Positions 36,695 through 45,109 of a stretch of DNA of 58,196 nt are shown piece after piece. Location of the stretch: the NCBI GenBank assembly GCA_030038565.1, contig JASHSS010000159.1, positions 1-58,196 on the forward strand, given 5' to 3'. Made by a program: the position numbers and the translations under genes. The notes under the pieces were generated by a model. It was not told the origin of the DNA. It made no database searches and saw nothing but the letters and a program-made list of their open reading frames with translations. This DNA is from Bryobacteraceae bacterium (GTDB lineage Bacteria > Acidobacteriota > Terriglobia > Bryobacterales > Bryobacteraceae). The stretch's first letter is position 1. Each line of letters starts with the position of its first letter.

Positions 36695-37342
36695 TTGTTA
36701 AGTTCGAGAGACGATTGGCGAAAAATAAAAGAGAAGTACGGCATCCCGGACGGAATCTGCAGCTTCAGCATGGGCGAGCGTGTGGATGGCTGGAAGAAGA
36801 AGGACGAGGCGGCCAAGAACGCCAAAGATTTCGCGGCCCGCGTAACTGCCGCCGAGGCGCTGCTGAAGGACATGAAAACGTATGAAGAAGCACTAAAAAA
36901 GGCCAAGCCTGCCAAGTTCAAGGGTAAGAATTCCGGCGAACAGACCAAAAACCAGCAGGATGCGGAGCATGCCTTCCAGAAGGAACTGACCGATCTGGAG
37001 AACCTCAAGAATAACTATCACCGGCTGGCCAATCCCATGCACGAACTTCAGGCCCAACTCAAAAAGGCCCGCCAGACGCTGGCCGGCATCCAGAAGACCG
37101 ATTTAGCCGCCTTGACCAAGTTTTATGGCCAGGAAATCCGCAACAATGTGGGATTGCCCGTAATCGCGGTAGGGAAACTCAATACGGATCCCAAAATCAA
37201 ACTGGCCCTGGACGCTTACACCAAACAGGGCGAAGTTTTGAACGCCCTGTGCAACTCCAGCAAGGATAAGGATCCGAAGCAGATCTGGGCGGCTTGCCAA
37301 CTGGCCCTGGCGGGTCTGGCTTTCGGGATCGGAGCGGATTAG
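36695..37342 (+). CDS. Lys/Asn/Glu-rich helical hypothetical protein
   Basis: The TTG start is preceded by GGAAGGAG 6 nt upstream. The 215 codons have GC-rich third positions. No signal peptide, and a hydrophobic C-terminal tail (IWAACQLALAGLAFGIGAD). Confidence 0.6.
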   Translation: MLSSRDDWRKIKEKYGIPDGICSFSMGERVDGWKKKDEAAKNAKDFAARVTAAEALLKDMKTYEEALKKAKPAKFKGKNSGEQTKNQQDAEHAFQKELTDLENLKNNYHRLANPMHELQAQLKKARQTLAGIQKTDLAALTKFYGQEIRNNVGLPVIAVGKLNTDPKIKLALDAYTKQGEVLNALCNSSKDKDPKQIWAACQLALAGLAFGIGAD

Positions 37343-37434
37343 TTTTCAACCCGGTTCGATTGTCCGGCCCGTTACCCCGGCCGCGTTCCGGACGCACCGT
37401 GCGGCGCGCGGCTGGACTATACTAATTCATTAGT

Positions 37435-39825
37435 ATGGTCCGCGATTTCCAATGGGCGTTGCGCTGGCTGCGCAAAAATCCCCGCTTCACCGCCATCGTC
37501 GTTGCGATTCTGGCGCTGGGCATCGGCGCCAATACCGCCGTCTTCAGCATTGTCGATGCCGTGCTTCTGCGCGTGCGGCCGTACGAAGCCTCCGGCCGGC
37601 TGGTGCGCGTCGATGAGACCAAGAACGACCGGCCGATTGCGGGCCTGTCCGCGATCGACTACCTGCGCTGGCGCGACCGGAGCGACCTGTTTCGGGAAAG
37701 CGCCGGCATTCAGCGCGACACCTTTACGGTCACCGGCGCCGGCGAACCGGACCAGGTGACGGTCCAGCGCGTTTCGCCCGGGCTGTTCGCGATGCTCGGT
37801 GTGCGCGCGCAGTTGGGCCGCACGCTGGCGCCGTCCGACGAGCAGAATGCGCCACGCGCCGCGGTGCTCAGCGACCGGCTGTGGCGGCGGATGTTCCACG
37901 CCGATCCGGGCGTCATCGGACGCTCCCTGGTTGTGGAGCCGGACGTTTATACGGTGGTTGGCGTGATGCCCCCGGAATTCGAGTTCCCGGATGCCAATAC
38001 GGAAATGTGGGTCCCGTTGCACATCAACGCCGGCTCCGGGGGCTTGATGCGGGTGGCGGCGCTGCTTCAGCCGGGGGTCCCGGTGGAGCGGGCGCACGGC
38101 GCTCTGGCAATCCTGGCCCAGCAGTTGCAACAGGAGGATCGCAAGGGCAATGCAGGCCTGCAATTCACCGTCACGCCGTGGCGCGATGAGCCGGCCCGCA
38201 GTTACCAACTGACTCTGTTGTTCGTTCTGGCGGCGGTGGGGCTGGTCCTGCTGATCGCCTGCGCCGACACCGGCGGACTGCTGCTCGGCCGCGCCGTCGA
38301 ACGGCAGAAGGAAATGGCCATCCTTGCTTCGCTGGGCGCCGGATTCTGGCGCGTGATGCGCCAGCGGCTGGCCGAAAGCCTGGTGCTGGCGGTGGCGGGG
38401 AGCGCCGCCGGAATCGCCCTGGCGCACTTCGCCTTGCAGTTTCTGGTGAAGCGATTGGCCGCGCTGCCGATCGTGCTTCCGCACATGCGCGCCGCCTCGC
38501 TGGATGGACGCGTGCTGGCGTTCAATGCCATCCTGTGCCTGGCGCTGTCCGGCCTGTTCAGCCTGGCGCCGGTTTTGCTGGCCTCCCAAACCGACTTGCA
38601 GGCGGTGTTGCGCGGTGGGTTGGCGGGCGGCGGGGTGAAGCGGTCCACACGCCTGTTCGCCGTGTTAATCGCCGCGGAAGGGGCCTTTGCTTTTCTGCTG
38701 CTGGTGGGTTCGGGACTGATGATTCGCAGTTTGATCCGGCTTGAGCAATCCGACCACGGCTTTCATCCCGATCACGTACTTACGCTGCGAGTACCCATTG
38801 GTAACATGTTCGGGGCGCCTACTGGTAAGTACAGTACTAAGCCGCGGCAGATGGCTTACCTGCACGACTTACTCCAACGAATAAACCGCGTGCCCGGCAT
38901 ACGGGCCGTGGCGGTCGTCAATAACCTGCCGCTTTCGGGAGTTAACACAGCGGTCGATTTCAAGGGCCTCGATGGCAAGCGCCTGCTGCTGGCCACCCGC
39001 AACATCAGCCCGGGCTATTTCGCCGCCATGGGCATTCCGCTGCTCGCCGGCCGCGCGTTTACAGAGGCCGACCAGGCGGGCGCGCCCGGCGTCGTGATTG
39101 TCAACCAATACCTGGCCCGCCAGTTATTCGGCGAACGCAACCCGGTGGGGTTGCCCCTGCCCGAGGACCGGCCGGGGACTCTACCGACCATCGTGGGAGT
39201 GGTCAAGGATTCGGCGCAGATGAGTTACGACCAGCCGGCCAAGGGCGAAATGTACATTCCTTACCAGCAGATGCTCTTCGGCGCTTTCATGTCCACGGTG
39301 GTGGTGCGGACAGTCGGCGATCCGCTGACCTTGGTTAACTCGCTGCGCCGGGCGGTGTGGGATGTAGACGCCAACCAACCGGTGGTCAAAGTGGAGACCA
39401 TGCAGGATGTGGTGGACGATTCCATCTGGCGTCCACGCTTTTCCGCCTGGGTGTTCTCCGTGCTGGGCGCCCTGGCCTTGCTGCTGACCGCGGCGGGAGT
39501 GTACGGGGTGGTCGCCTACACCACTGCCCGGAGGGTGCGCGAGGTGGGCATCCGGGTGGCTTTGGGAGCCCGGCCCTGGCAGGTGGCTTTGATGGTCTTG
39601 GGGGATGCCCTGAAACCGCTGGCGATCGGCCTGGCCCTCAGCCTGATTGCCGCGCTGATGCTGTCGCGCTGGCTGGCGAGCCTCCTGTACGAGATCGGCG
39701 CCGGCGACCCCGCAACTTACGTGGGTGTCGCTATCCTGTTGCTAGGGATTGGGTTGGCGGCCAGTTCGGGACCGGCTTGGAGGGCCGCTTTGGGAGATCC
39801 CATGCAGGCCTTACGCGCCGAGTAG
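37435..39825 (+). CDS. ADOP-family duplicated FtsX/MacB-type ABC transporter permease
   Basis: 796 aa. The N-terminus MVRDFQWALRWLRKNPRFTAIVVAILALGIGANTAVFSIVDAVLL has two MacB_PCD + FtsX halves, as in the TIGR03434 description. Confidence 0.9.
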   Translation: MVRDFQWALRWLRKNPRFTAIVVAILALGIGANTAVFSIVDAVLLRVRPYEASGRLVRVDETKNDRPIAGLSAIDYLRWRDRSDLFRESAGIQRDTFTVTGAGEPDQVTVQRVSPGLFAMLGVRAQLGRTLAPSDEQNAPRAAVLSDRLWRRMFHADPGVIGRSLVVEPDVYTVVGVMPPEFEFPDANTEMWVPLHINAGSGGLMRVAALLQPGVPVERAHGALAILAQQLQQEDRKGNAGLQFTVTPWRDEPARSYQLTLLFVLAAVGLVLLIACADTGGLLLGRAVERQKEMAILASLGAGFWRVMRQRLAESLVLAVAGSAAGIALAHFALQFLVKRLAALPIVLPHMRAASLDGRVLAFNAILCLALSGLFSLAPVLLASQTDLQAVLRGGLAGGGVKRSTRLFAVLIAAEGAFAFLLLVGSGLMIRSLIRLEQSDHGFHPDHVLTLRVPIGNMFGAPTGKYSTKPRQMAYLHDLLQRINRVPGIRAVAVVNNLPLSGVNTAVDFKGLDGKRLLLATRNISPGYFAAMGIPLLAGRAFTEADQAGAPGVVIVNQYLARQLFGERNPVGLPLPEDRPGTLPTIVGVVKDSAQMSYDQPAKGEMYIPYQQMLFGAFMSTVVVRTVGDPLTLVNSLRRAVWDVDANQPVVKVETMQDVVDDSIWRPRFSAWVFSVLGALALLLTAAGVYGVVAYTTARRVREVGIRVALGARPWQVALMVLGDALKPLAIGLALSLIAALMLSRWLASLLYEIGAGDPATYVGVAILLLGIGLAASSGPAWRAALGDPMQALRAE

Positions 39826-39829
39826 ACCC

Positions 39830-40063
39830 TCACTTGCCGCCCGACCGCTTCTCGATCGCCATGCGAGCGTCCTCTGCCGGGCCGGCGTCTTTGCGCGGCC
39901 TGCCCCGGCGCCTTGGCACTGACGGGGCTTCGGCCGTGCCTCGCTGCTTCTGCGCGGCCAGCCGCTCCAGGCTGGCTATGGCCGTATCGATATTCTCCAA
40001 CTCCAGACGCAATTGGGCCAGGACTTTCGCGAGATCCACGGCAGCTCCTGAATCTTCATCCAC
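39830..40063 (-). CDS. small coiled-coil protein with AT-hook-like RRGRPRK
   Basis: 77 codons with a GTG start and GC-rich third positions. No clear Shine-Dalgarno sequence. Confidence 0.45.
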   Translation of the reverse strand: MDEDSGAAVDLAKVLAQLRLELENIDTAIASLERLAAQKQRGTAEAPSVPRRRGRPRKDAGPAEDARMAIEKRSGGK

Positions 40064-40096
40064 CGCAAACGGGGTACCAAAATCGGGCCGGAACAG

Positions 40097-40609
40097 CTAC
40101 ACCGCGCGGCTGAAAAGCCCGTCCTCCGCCGCACCCGACGTTTCCGCATTTGCTTGCAACGAATCCAGCGACTCCAGTACTTTCTCGAGTAAGCTGTCGG
40201 TCTGGGAAACGGTGGTTTTCAATACCTCGATCGAGTGCGCTTGGGTAGTGAGGCGATCGTCCAGCGAGACCATGGTCTTGGTAAGCAGTTGTTCCATGGC
40301 CGAAACGATCTGAGACGTGGAGGGGATCGCCGCAAGTTTCCCTGAGTGCTCTTCAAGCCGCGATTCGATCTGCCCCAAGCGTGCCGCCGTGGCGGTCTCC
40401 TGAGCGGCCAACCGGCTTTCCAGATTACTGACGGAGCGCCTCAATTCCTGGGCCGCTGCGGAACTTAGCGGGCCGGCGCCACTTACACCGGAAGCCCCGT
40501 TCTCCGTGGTTTCCGGTTGCCCCGGCGTCTTTCGTGAGACGAGAACGCCGGTGATCGCTCCCGCCAGGAATAGGGCAATTCCCGGAATGTAATCTATCGT
40601 CTTTTGCAT
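40097..40609 (-). CDS. N-terminally membrane-anchored coiled-coil hypothetical protein
   Basis: One TM (IPGIALFLAGAITGVLV), then heptad-like LESRLAAQE...IESRLEEH... Confidence 0.6.
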   Translation of the reverse strand: MQKTIDYIPGIALFLAGAITGVLVSRKTPGQPETTENGASGVSGAGPLSSAAAQELRRSVSNLESRLAAQETATAARLGQIESRLEEHSGKLAAIPSTSQIVSAMEQLLTKTMVSLDDRLTTQAHSIEVLKTTVSQTDSLLEKVLESLDSLQANAETSGAAEDGLFSRAV

Positions 40610-40654
40610 CGGTGTTTTACTTATAATACTTTACTGAGTTCGATGCAAGCAGCC

Positions 40655-40674
40655 AATCCGGTCTAATCCGGTCT
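40655..40674. repeat. perfect tandem 10-mer AATCCGGTCT x2 in a divergent promoter region
   Basis: Read directly at 40655-40664 and 40665-40674. Confidence 0.5.
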
Positions 40675-40708
40675 ATATGTTCCTATATACCTTCCCATAA
40701 CCGGCGAA

Positions 40709-40723
40709 ACGTACCAGGTACGT
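40709..40723. promoter_or_regulatory. perfect 15-bp palindrome ACGTACC-A-GGTACGT, candidate operator
   Basis: Read directly. It lies 74 nt upstream of the kinase start. Confidence 0.3.
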
Positions 40724-40796
40724 GTACTACTCGCTGATTCGATTGAAATACTGTCATCCTGGCTAGGATAGATCCTCTGGAATAGGAGACGTCTGA

Positions 40797-41735
40797 TTGC
40801 AGTGGGGATCCGAGCCCGGGTGTGTTCCCCGGCGGGTTTTGTCGTCCATCAATCCGAGCAGCGGACCTGGCCAGTTTTGGCGGCCCGCACCTCTAGCGGC
40901 GGGAAGTATGGGGCCCTCTTCCGGTCGAGCTGAGCCTGCTCCGCAGCCCTCCGACAGGGCCGCCACAACGAGCCTGATCAGTCTCCAGAATCGTTTCATC
41001 CAGCGCTACTTCCGGCTTCAGCAGGTGGAGCGCAAACTGCTCCGGCGAGCACGCCACCGGAAGCCCGGCGCGGGGCGGAAGGCGATGGAGCAGATTGAAC
41101 TGGAGCGCCAGCGGCTGGGGCGTGATCTGCACACCGGAGTCGGCCAGATGCTGGCGGCCACCCGGCTGCAATTGGAAATCATCGATTCGCAGATGCCCTC
41201 GCCTCCCGCCGCCGTCCGGCAGGCGCTGGACCGCGTAGCAGCGCTGGCAGGCCAGGCGCTCGACCAGGTGCGGTCGCTTTCGCGACGCCTGCATCCCCCC
41301 GAATGGCAGCGCTTGAGCCTGGCCGACGCCCTCGGCCAGCTTTGGGAACTGAGCGGCCTGCCACAGCGCACCCAGGCCGCCATTTCCATCGCTCCAGGAA
41401 TTCCCGAACCCGAACTGGAGGTTAAGATCCTAATCTACCGCGCCGCGCAAGAGGCCCTTTCCAACATCACCCGGCACTCCCGCGCCACTTCCGTCAGCCT
41501 GTCGCTCGAGACGCGCCGTAACCGGCTCGCGCTCACCGTGCATGACAATGGAATAGGATTCGACGTAGCCGCCTTGCTGAATGCACCGGCCAACCTGAGC
41601 CGCGGACTTGGGCTGCGCACCATTCGCGAGCAGGCCTCCGCCATCGGCGCTGATTTTGCCGTGCACAGCGGTCCGGATGGAACTACACTGGAGGCTTCTG
41701 TTCCAATAAGAGAGGTCACCGGCAGTTCCGACTGA
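40797..41735 (+). CDS. soluble histidine kinase, HisKA_3 (NarX/DesK-type) + HATPase_c, no recognisable sensor domain
   Basis: H-box ERQRLGRDLHTGVGQMLAA. N and G boxes ALSNITRHS, HDNGIGF and GLGLRTIRE. The TTG at 40797 is preceded by AGGAG 8 nt upstream. Alternative ATGs are at 40908 and 41085. Confidence 0.75.
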   Translation: MQWGSEPGCVPRRVLSSINPSSGPGQFWRPAPLAAGSMGPSSGRAEPAPQPSDRAATTSLISLQNRFIQRYFRLQQVERKLLRRARHRKPGAGRKAMEQIELERQRLGRDLHTGVGQMLAATRLQLEIIDSQMPSPPAAVRQALDRVAALAGQALDQVRSLSRRLHPPEWQRLSLADALGQLWELSGLPQRTQAAISIAPGIPEPELEVKILIYRAAQEALSNITRHSRATSVSLSLETRRNRLALTVHDNGIGFDVAALLNAPANLSRGLGLRTIREQASAIGADFAVHSGPDGTTLEASVPIREVTGSSD

Positions 41736-41747
41736 AGGAGCGTGTGC

Positions 41748-42407
41748 ATGCAGGAATCCCCCCAATCCACGGTAGTCGTGGCCGACGATCAAGCCATCGT
41801 GCGGGAAGGTTTTGCGGCGCTCTGTACGGGAGCGGGCATGCAGGTAATCGCGGAATGCCCCGATGGCGCAGCCGCCTTGCAGGCGATCGCCACGTTCGAA
41901 CCCGATTTCGCCATCCTGGATCTGCACATGCCGGTGATGACCGGTGTGGACGTGGTGCGCCGGCTGCGCACCGCGGGATGCGCCACCAAGTTGCTGATCC
42001 TCTCCATCAGCCGTGAGGAGAACTGCGTGATGGAGGCCCTGCGCGCGGGCGCCGATGCCTACCTTTTGAAAGACGGTCCCTTCCGGCATCTCGTGGACGC
42101 CCTCAATTTCATCCGCGAGGGCGGCGTGTACGTGTCACCGCTGCTGCGCGGAGCCGGCCTGTTTACCAAGCCGGACCGCGCCGCCGAAGATCCTCTGGCG
42201 GCCCTCAGCCCGCGCGAAATGGAGGTCTTCTCCTATCTGGTCAGCGGGCTGCGCGCCAAGGACATCGCCGACCGGCTGGAGATCAGCCCCAAAACCGTGG
42301 ATACCTATCGCGCCAGCCTGATGCGGAAGTTGAATGTCCACGACCTGGTGGGCCTGGTGAAATTCGCCATCGAGCGGAATCTCACGAGCACTTCCGCGCC
42401 GCGTTGA
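41748..42407 (+). CDS. NarL/LuxR-family response regulator
   Basis: VVVADDQAIVREGF...FAILDLHMP receiver domain. The C-terminus LSPREMEVFSYLVSGLRAKDIADRLEISPKTVDTYR is a LuxR HTH. Confidence 0.9.
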   Translation: MQESPQSTVVVADDQAIVREGFAALCTGAGMQVIAECPDGAAALQAIATFEPDFAILDLHMPVMTGVDVVRRLRTAGCATKLLILSISREENCVMEALRAGADAYLLKDGPFRHLVDALNFIREGGVYVSPLLRGAGLFTKPDRAAEDPLAALSPREMEVFSYLVSGLRAKDIADRLEISPKTVDTYRASLMRKLNVHDLVGLVKFAIERNLTSTSAPR

Positions 42408-42576
42408 ACGGGATGCACGGAGCCTTGGGCCGTTTGGCCTTCTCGTAGTTTTGTAACGAAACGATGAGTTCGTCCACAGCGGCCTTGCGTAAGTAGAGGC
42501 GTTCCAGCGCCCGTCGCCGCATTTCGTAGACATCCAGCCGATAGTGAGGGGCGACCTCGTACAGTGGCATCAGCAT
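42382..42576 (-). CDS. small hypothetical protein (64 aa)
   Basis: GC-rich third positions. It overlaps the response-regulator 3' end by 26 nt in convergent orientation. Weak RBS. Confidence 0.4.
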   Translation of the reverse strand: MLMPLYEVAPHYRLDVYEMRRRALERLYLRKAAVDELIVSLQNYEKAKRPKAPCIPFNAARKCS

Positions 42577-42668
42577 TATCCTATGTATTCGGAGATACCC
42601 TAGGGAGAAAACCTAGAATACCGAGGAGATCCCATTAAATCAAGACCGAAATAAAGGATTTTAATATC

Positions 42669-42684
42669 TTTTTTTGGGGGGGGG
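42669..42684. repeat. homopolymer junction T7G9
   Basis: tttttttggggggggg read directly. Intergenic, about 80 nt upstream of the MarR start. Confidence 0.9.
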
Positions 42685-42737
42685 AGCGTGTCACCGCATT
42701 TCTCTCGGTGGGGCACTTCCCGCCCTTCTTTCGCGAA

Positions 42738-42757
42738 ATATCGTAGTGCGATATAAT
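42738..42757 (+). promoter_or_regulatory. inverted repeat ATATCG-N5-CGATAT overlapping a perfect TATAAT box
   Basis: TATAAT at 42752-42757 ends 6 nt before the GTG start of the MarR gene, which implies a leaderless or near-leaderless transcript. The IR is a plausible MarR autoregulatory operator. Confidence 0.35.
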
Positions 42758-42763
42758 TAAAGG

Positions 42764-43192
42764 GTGCCCGACACCGAAGACCTGACCGACTCCGACTACC
42801 GTTCTCTGGGCGCCTTCCGCTATCAGATCCGCCGTTTCCAGCACTTCAGCGAACAGGCCGCCAAAGCGGAGGGTCTGGAGCCACAGCAACATCAGATGCT
42901 GCTGGCGATCCGCGCCCTAGAACAGCCCACGGCTACGCCCACCATCGGGCAACTGGCCGAACACCTCTTCGTGCGCCATCACACCGCCGTCGGGATGATC
43001 GACCGCCTGGCCGGCCACGGTTTGGTGGAACGCCTCCGCGGAGAGGACGACCGGCGCCAGGTGCGCGTCCGTCTGACCCCCAGCGGTTGCGAGAAGTTGC
43101 ACCACCTGTCGCGGATCCACCGCCGGGAATTGCGTCAAAGCGTACCGGCGCTGGTGGAAACGCTCCACAGCCTTTTGGAGCAACGCGCATGA
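42764..43192 (+). CDS. MarR family transcriptional regulator
   Basis: LTDSDYRSLGAFRYQIRRF...QHQMLLAI...TIGQLAEHLFVRHHTAVGMIDRLAGHGLVERLRGEDDRRQVRVRLT is a winged-HTH MarR signature. Confidence 0.85.
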   Translation: MPDTEDLTDSDYRSLGAFRYQIRRFQHFSEQAAKAEGLEPQQHQMLLAIRALEQPTATPTIGQLAEHLFVRHHTAVGMIDRLAGHGLVERLRGEDDRRQVRVRLTPSGCEKLHHLSRIHRRELRQSVPALVETLHSLLEQRA

Positions 43193-45009
43193 AGGAAGCC
43201 AGATTGGCCGATAAATACAACAGTCCGGCGGAGCGGCTGGGGGATTTCACCACTTCCTGGCGGGTCCTCTGGATCTCCTCCCTGGCGATCGGGATCGGCC
43301 TGGTGAGCGCGTATATCGCCCTGGCACTGCTGCGCCTGATCGGCTTATTCACCAACCTGTTCTTCTTCGGGCGCTGGAGCACGGCGCTGGTTTCGCCCGC
43401 GGCGAACCGGCTGGGGTGGTGGGAAGTGGCTATTCCCGTGGGTGGCGCGCTGGTCATCGGCCTGATGGCGCGCTACGGTTCGGAGCGCATCCGGGGCCAC
43501 GGCATCCCGGAAGCCATTGAAGCCATTCTGATCAACGGCAGCAAGGTAGAGCCGCGGGTCGCCATTCTGAAGCCGCTTTCGAGCGCGATTTCCATCGGAT
43601 CGGGCGGGCCTTTCGGCGCCGAAGGTCCCATCATCATGACCGGTGGGGCTTTCGGCTCGATGATCGCGCAACTGTTCCGTCTCTCGGCCACCGAACGCAA
43701 GACGCTGCTGGTGGCGGGAGCCGCCGGCGGCATGTCGGCCACATTTGCCTCGCCCGTGGCGGCCGTGCTGCTGGCGGTCGAGTTGCTGTTGTTCGAATGG
43801 AAACCGCGCAGCCTCGTCCCGGTGGCTCTGGCCAGCATAACGGCGGGCGCCGCGCGCCGTTACCTGTTGGGCTCGGGCCCCCTGTTCCCGGTGCCTCCGC
43901 ACCCCGTCTTTATCGGCCCCCAGGGCCTGCTTGGGTGCGTCGTAACAGGAGTCCTGGCCGGCGCCCTGTCGGCTCTGCTGACCCTGGCCGTGTATGCGGC
44001 CGAGGACGTGTTCCGCCTGCTTCCCATTCACTGGATGTGGTGGCCCGCCCTGGGCGGCCTGGCGATCGGATTCGGCGGGCTGATTTTCCCGCAGGCTCTG
44101 GGCGTGGGCTACGACACCATCGCCGCGCTCCTTCAGGGCGAAGTCCCGCGCGCCATGATCCTGGGCATTCTGCTGGTCAAATCGGCCATTTGGGCGATCT
44201 CGCTCGGTTCCGGCACGTCTGGAGGCGTGCTGGCGCCCTTGCTCATGATGGGCGGGGCGCTGGGCGGCATCCTCTCCATGTTTTTGCCGCATGAAGGCAC
44301 GGGGTTCTGGCCGCTGGTGAGCATGGGCGCCATTCTCGGCGGCACCATGCGCTCGCCCTTCACCGGGGTGGTCTTCGCCCTCGAACTGACGCACGACGTG
44401 AACATGCTGCTGCCGCTCCTCCTGGCGGTCACCATCGCACACCTCTTTACCGTGCTCACCCTGCGGCGTTCGATCCTCACCGAGAAGGTGGCCCGCCGGG
44501 GGTATCACCTGAGCCGCGAATATGCCGTGGATCCCCTGGAGATTCTCTTTGTCCGCGAGGTGATGCGGTCGAACATCGTGGCGCTGCCCGGATCCATGAC
44601 CAGCGCCCGTGCGGCCGACCTCACCACCAATGATGGCCGCCGCGGCCAATATCTCTATCCGGTGGTGGACCAGGCGCGACGGCTGCTAGGAGTGATCACC
44701 CGCGGCAGTCTGCGCAAATTGCTCGCCAACTGGCCCTCGCCCGACCGTTCTCTAGCCGACCTGGCTCGCCAGGATCCGGTAGTGGCCTATCCCGATGAGT
44801 CCCTGCGGGCGGTGGTCTACCGCATGGCTGAAACCGGGCTGACTCGTTTCCCGGTGGTGGAACGCTCCGACGAGCGCCGCCTGGCCGGCATGGTGTCGCT
44901 GGACGACCTTCTGCGCGCCCGCACCCGCGCCCTCGAGGAGGAACGCCACCGCGAACGCGTGCTACGCATCCGCCTGCCGTTCCAGGCTCGGCACACCGCC
45001 CCAAAGTGA
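43189..45009 (+). CDS. ClC family voltage-gated chloride channel/antiporter with C-terminal CBS pair
   Basis: The ATG overlaps the MarR stop (ATGA). Motifs GSGGPFGAEGP and GTSGGVLAPLL, then CBS-like ...VMRSNIVAL... and ...LTRFPVVER.... Confidence 0.9.
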   Translation: MKEARLADKYNSPAERLGDFTTSWRVLWISSLAIGIGLVSAYIALALLRLIGLFTNLFFFGRWSTALVSPAANRLGWWEVAIPVGGALVIGLMARYGSERIRGHGIPEAIEAILINGSKVEPRVAILKPLSSAISIGSGGPFGAEGPIIMTGGAFGSMIAQLFRLSATERKTLLVAGAAGGMSATFASPVAAVLLAVELLLFEWKPRSLVPVALASITAGAARRYLLGSGPLFPVPPHPVFIGPQGLLGCVVTGVLAGALSALLTLAVYAAEDVFRLLPIHWMWWPALGGLAIGFGGLIFPQALGVGYDTIAALLQGEVPRAMILGILLVKSAIWAISLGSGTSGGVLAPLLMMGGALGGILSMFLPHEGTGFWPLVSMGAILGGTMRSPFTGVVFALELTHDVNMLLPLLLAVTIAHLFTVLTLRRSILTEKVARRGYHLSREYAVDPLEILFVREVMRSNIVALPGSMTSARAADLTTNDGRRGQYLYPVVDQARRLLGVITRGSLRKLLANWPSPDRSLADLARQDPVVAYPDESLRAVVYRMAETGLTRFPVVERSDERRLAGMVSLDDLLRARTRALEEERHRERVLRIRLPFQARHTAPK

Positions 45010-45063
45010 GGCAACCGGGCGGCAACTCGCGAAGCGCAGCAGCCGCAAACGCCGCCGAGGGAC

Positions 45064-45095
45064 CCGGCTGGGCGGCGATTGGCCGCGCCAGCCGG
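45064..45095. terminator. GC-rich hairpin between convergent genes
   Basis: CCGGCTGGGCGGC-GATTG-GCCGCGCCAGCCGG gives a 13-bp stem with one bulge. No clear T-tract. Confidence 0.45.
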
Positions 45096-45109
45096 CTCCC
45101 TGGCCAGCC

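Noticed and set aside
36695-37342. Lower overall GC of this gene (and of 45110..45733) taken as evidence of horizontal transfer.
   Set aside because: Third codon positions remain strongly G/C-biased. The lower GC is explained by Lys/Asn/Glu-rich or Ser/Thr/Gln/Asn-rich amino-acid composition, so there is no support for foreign origin.
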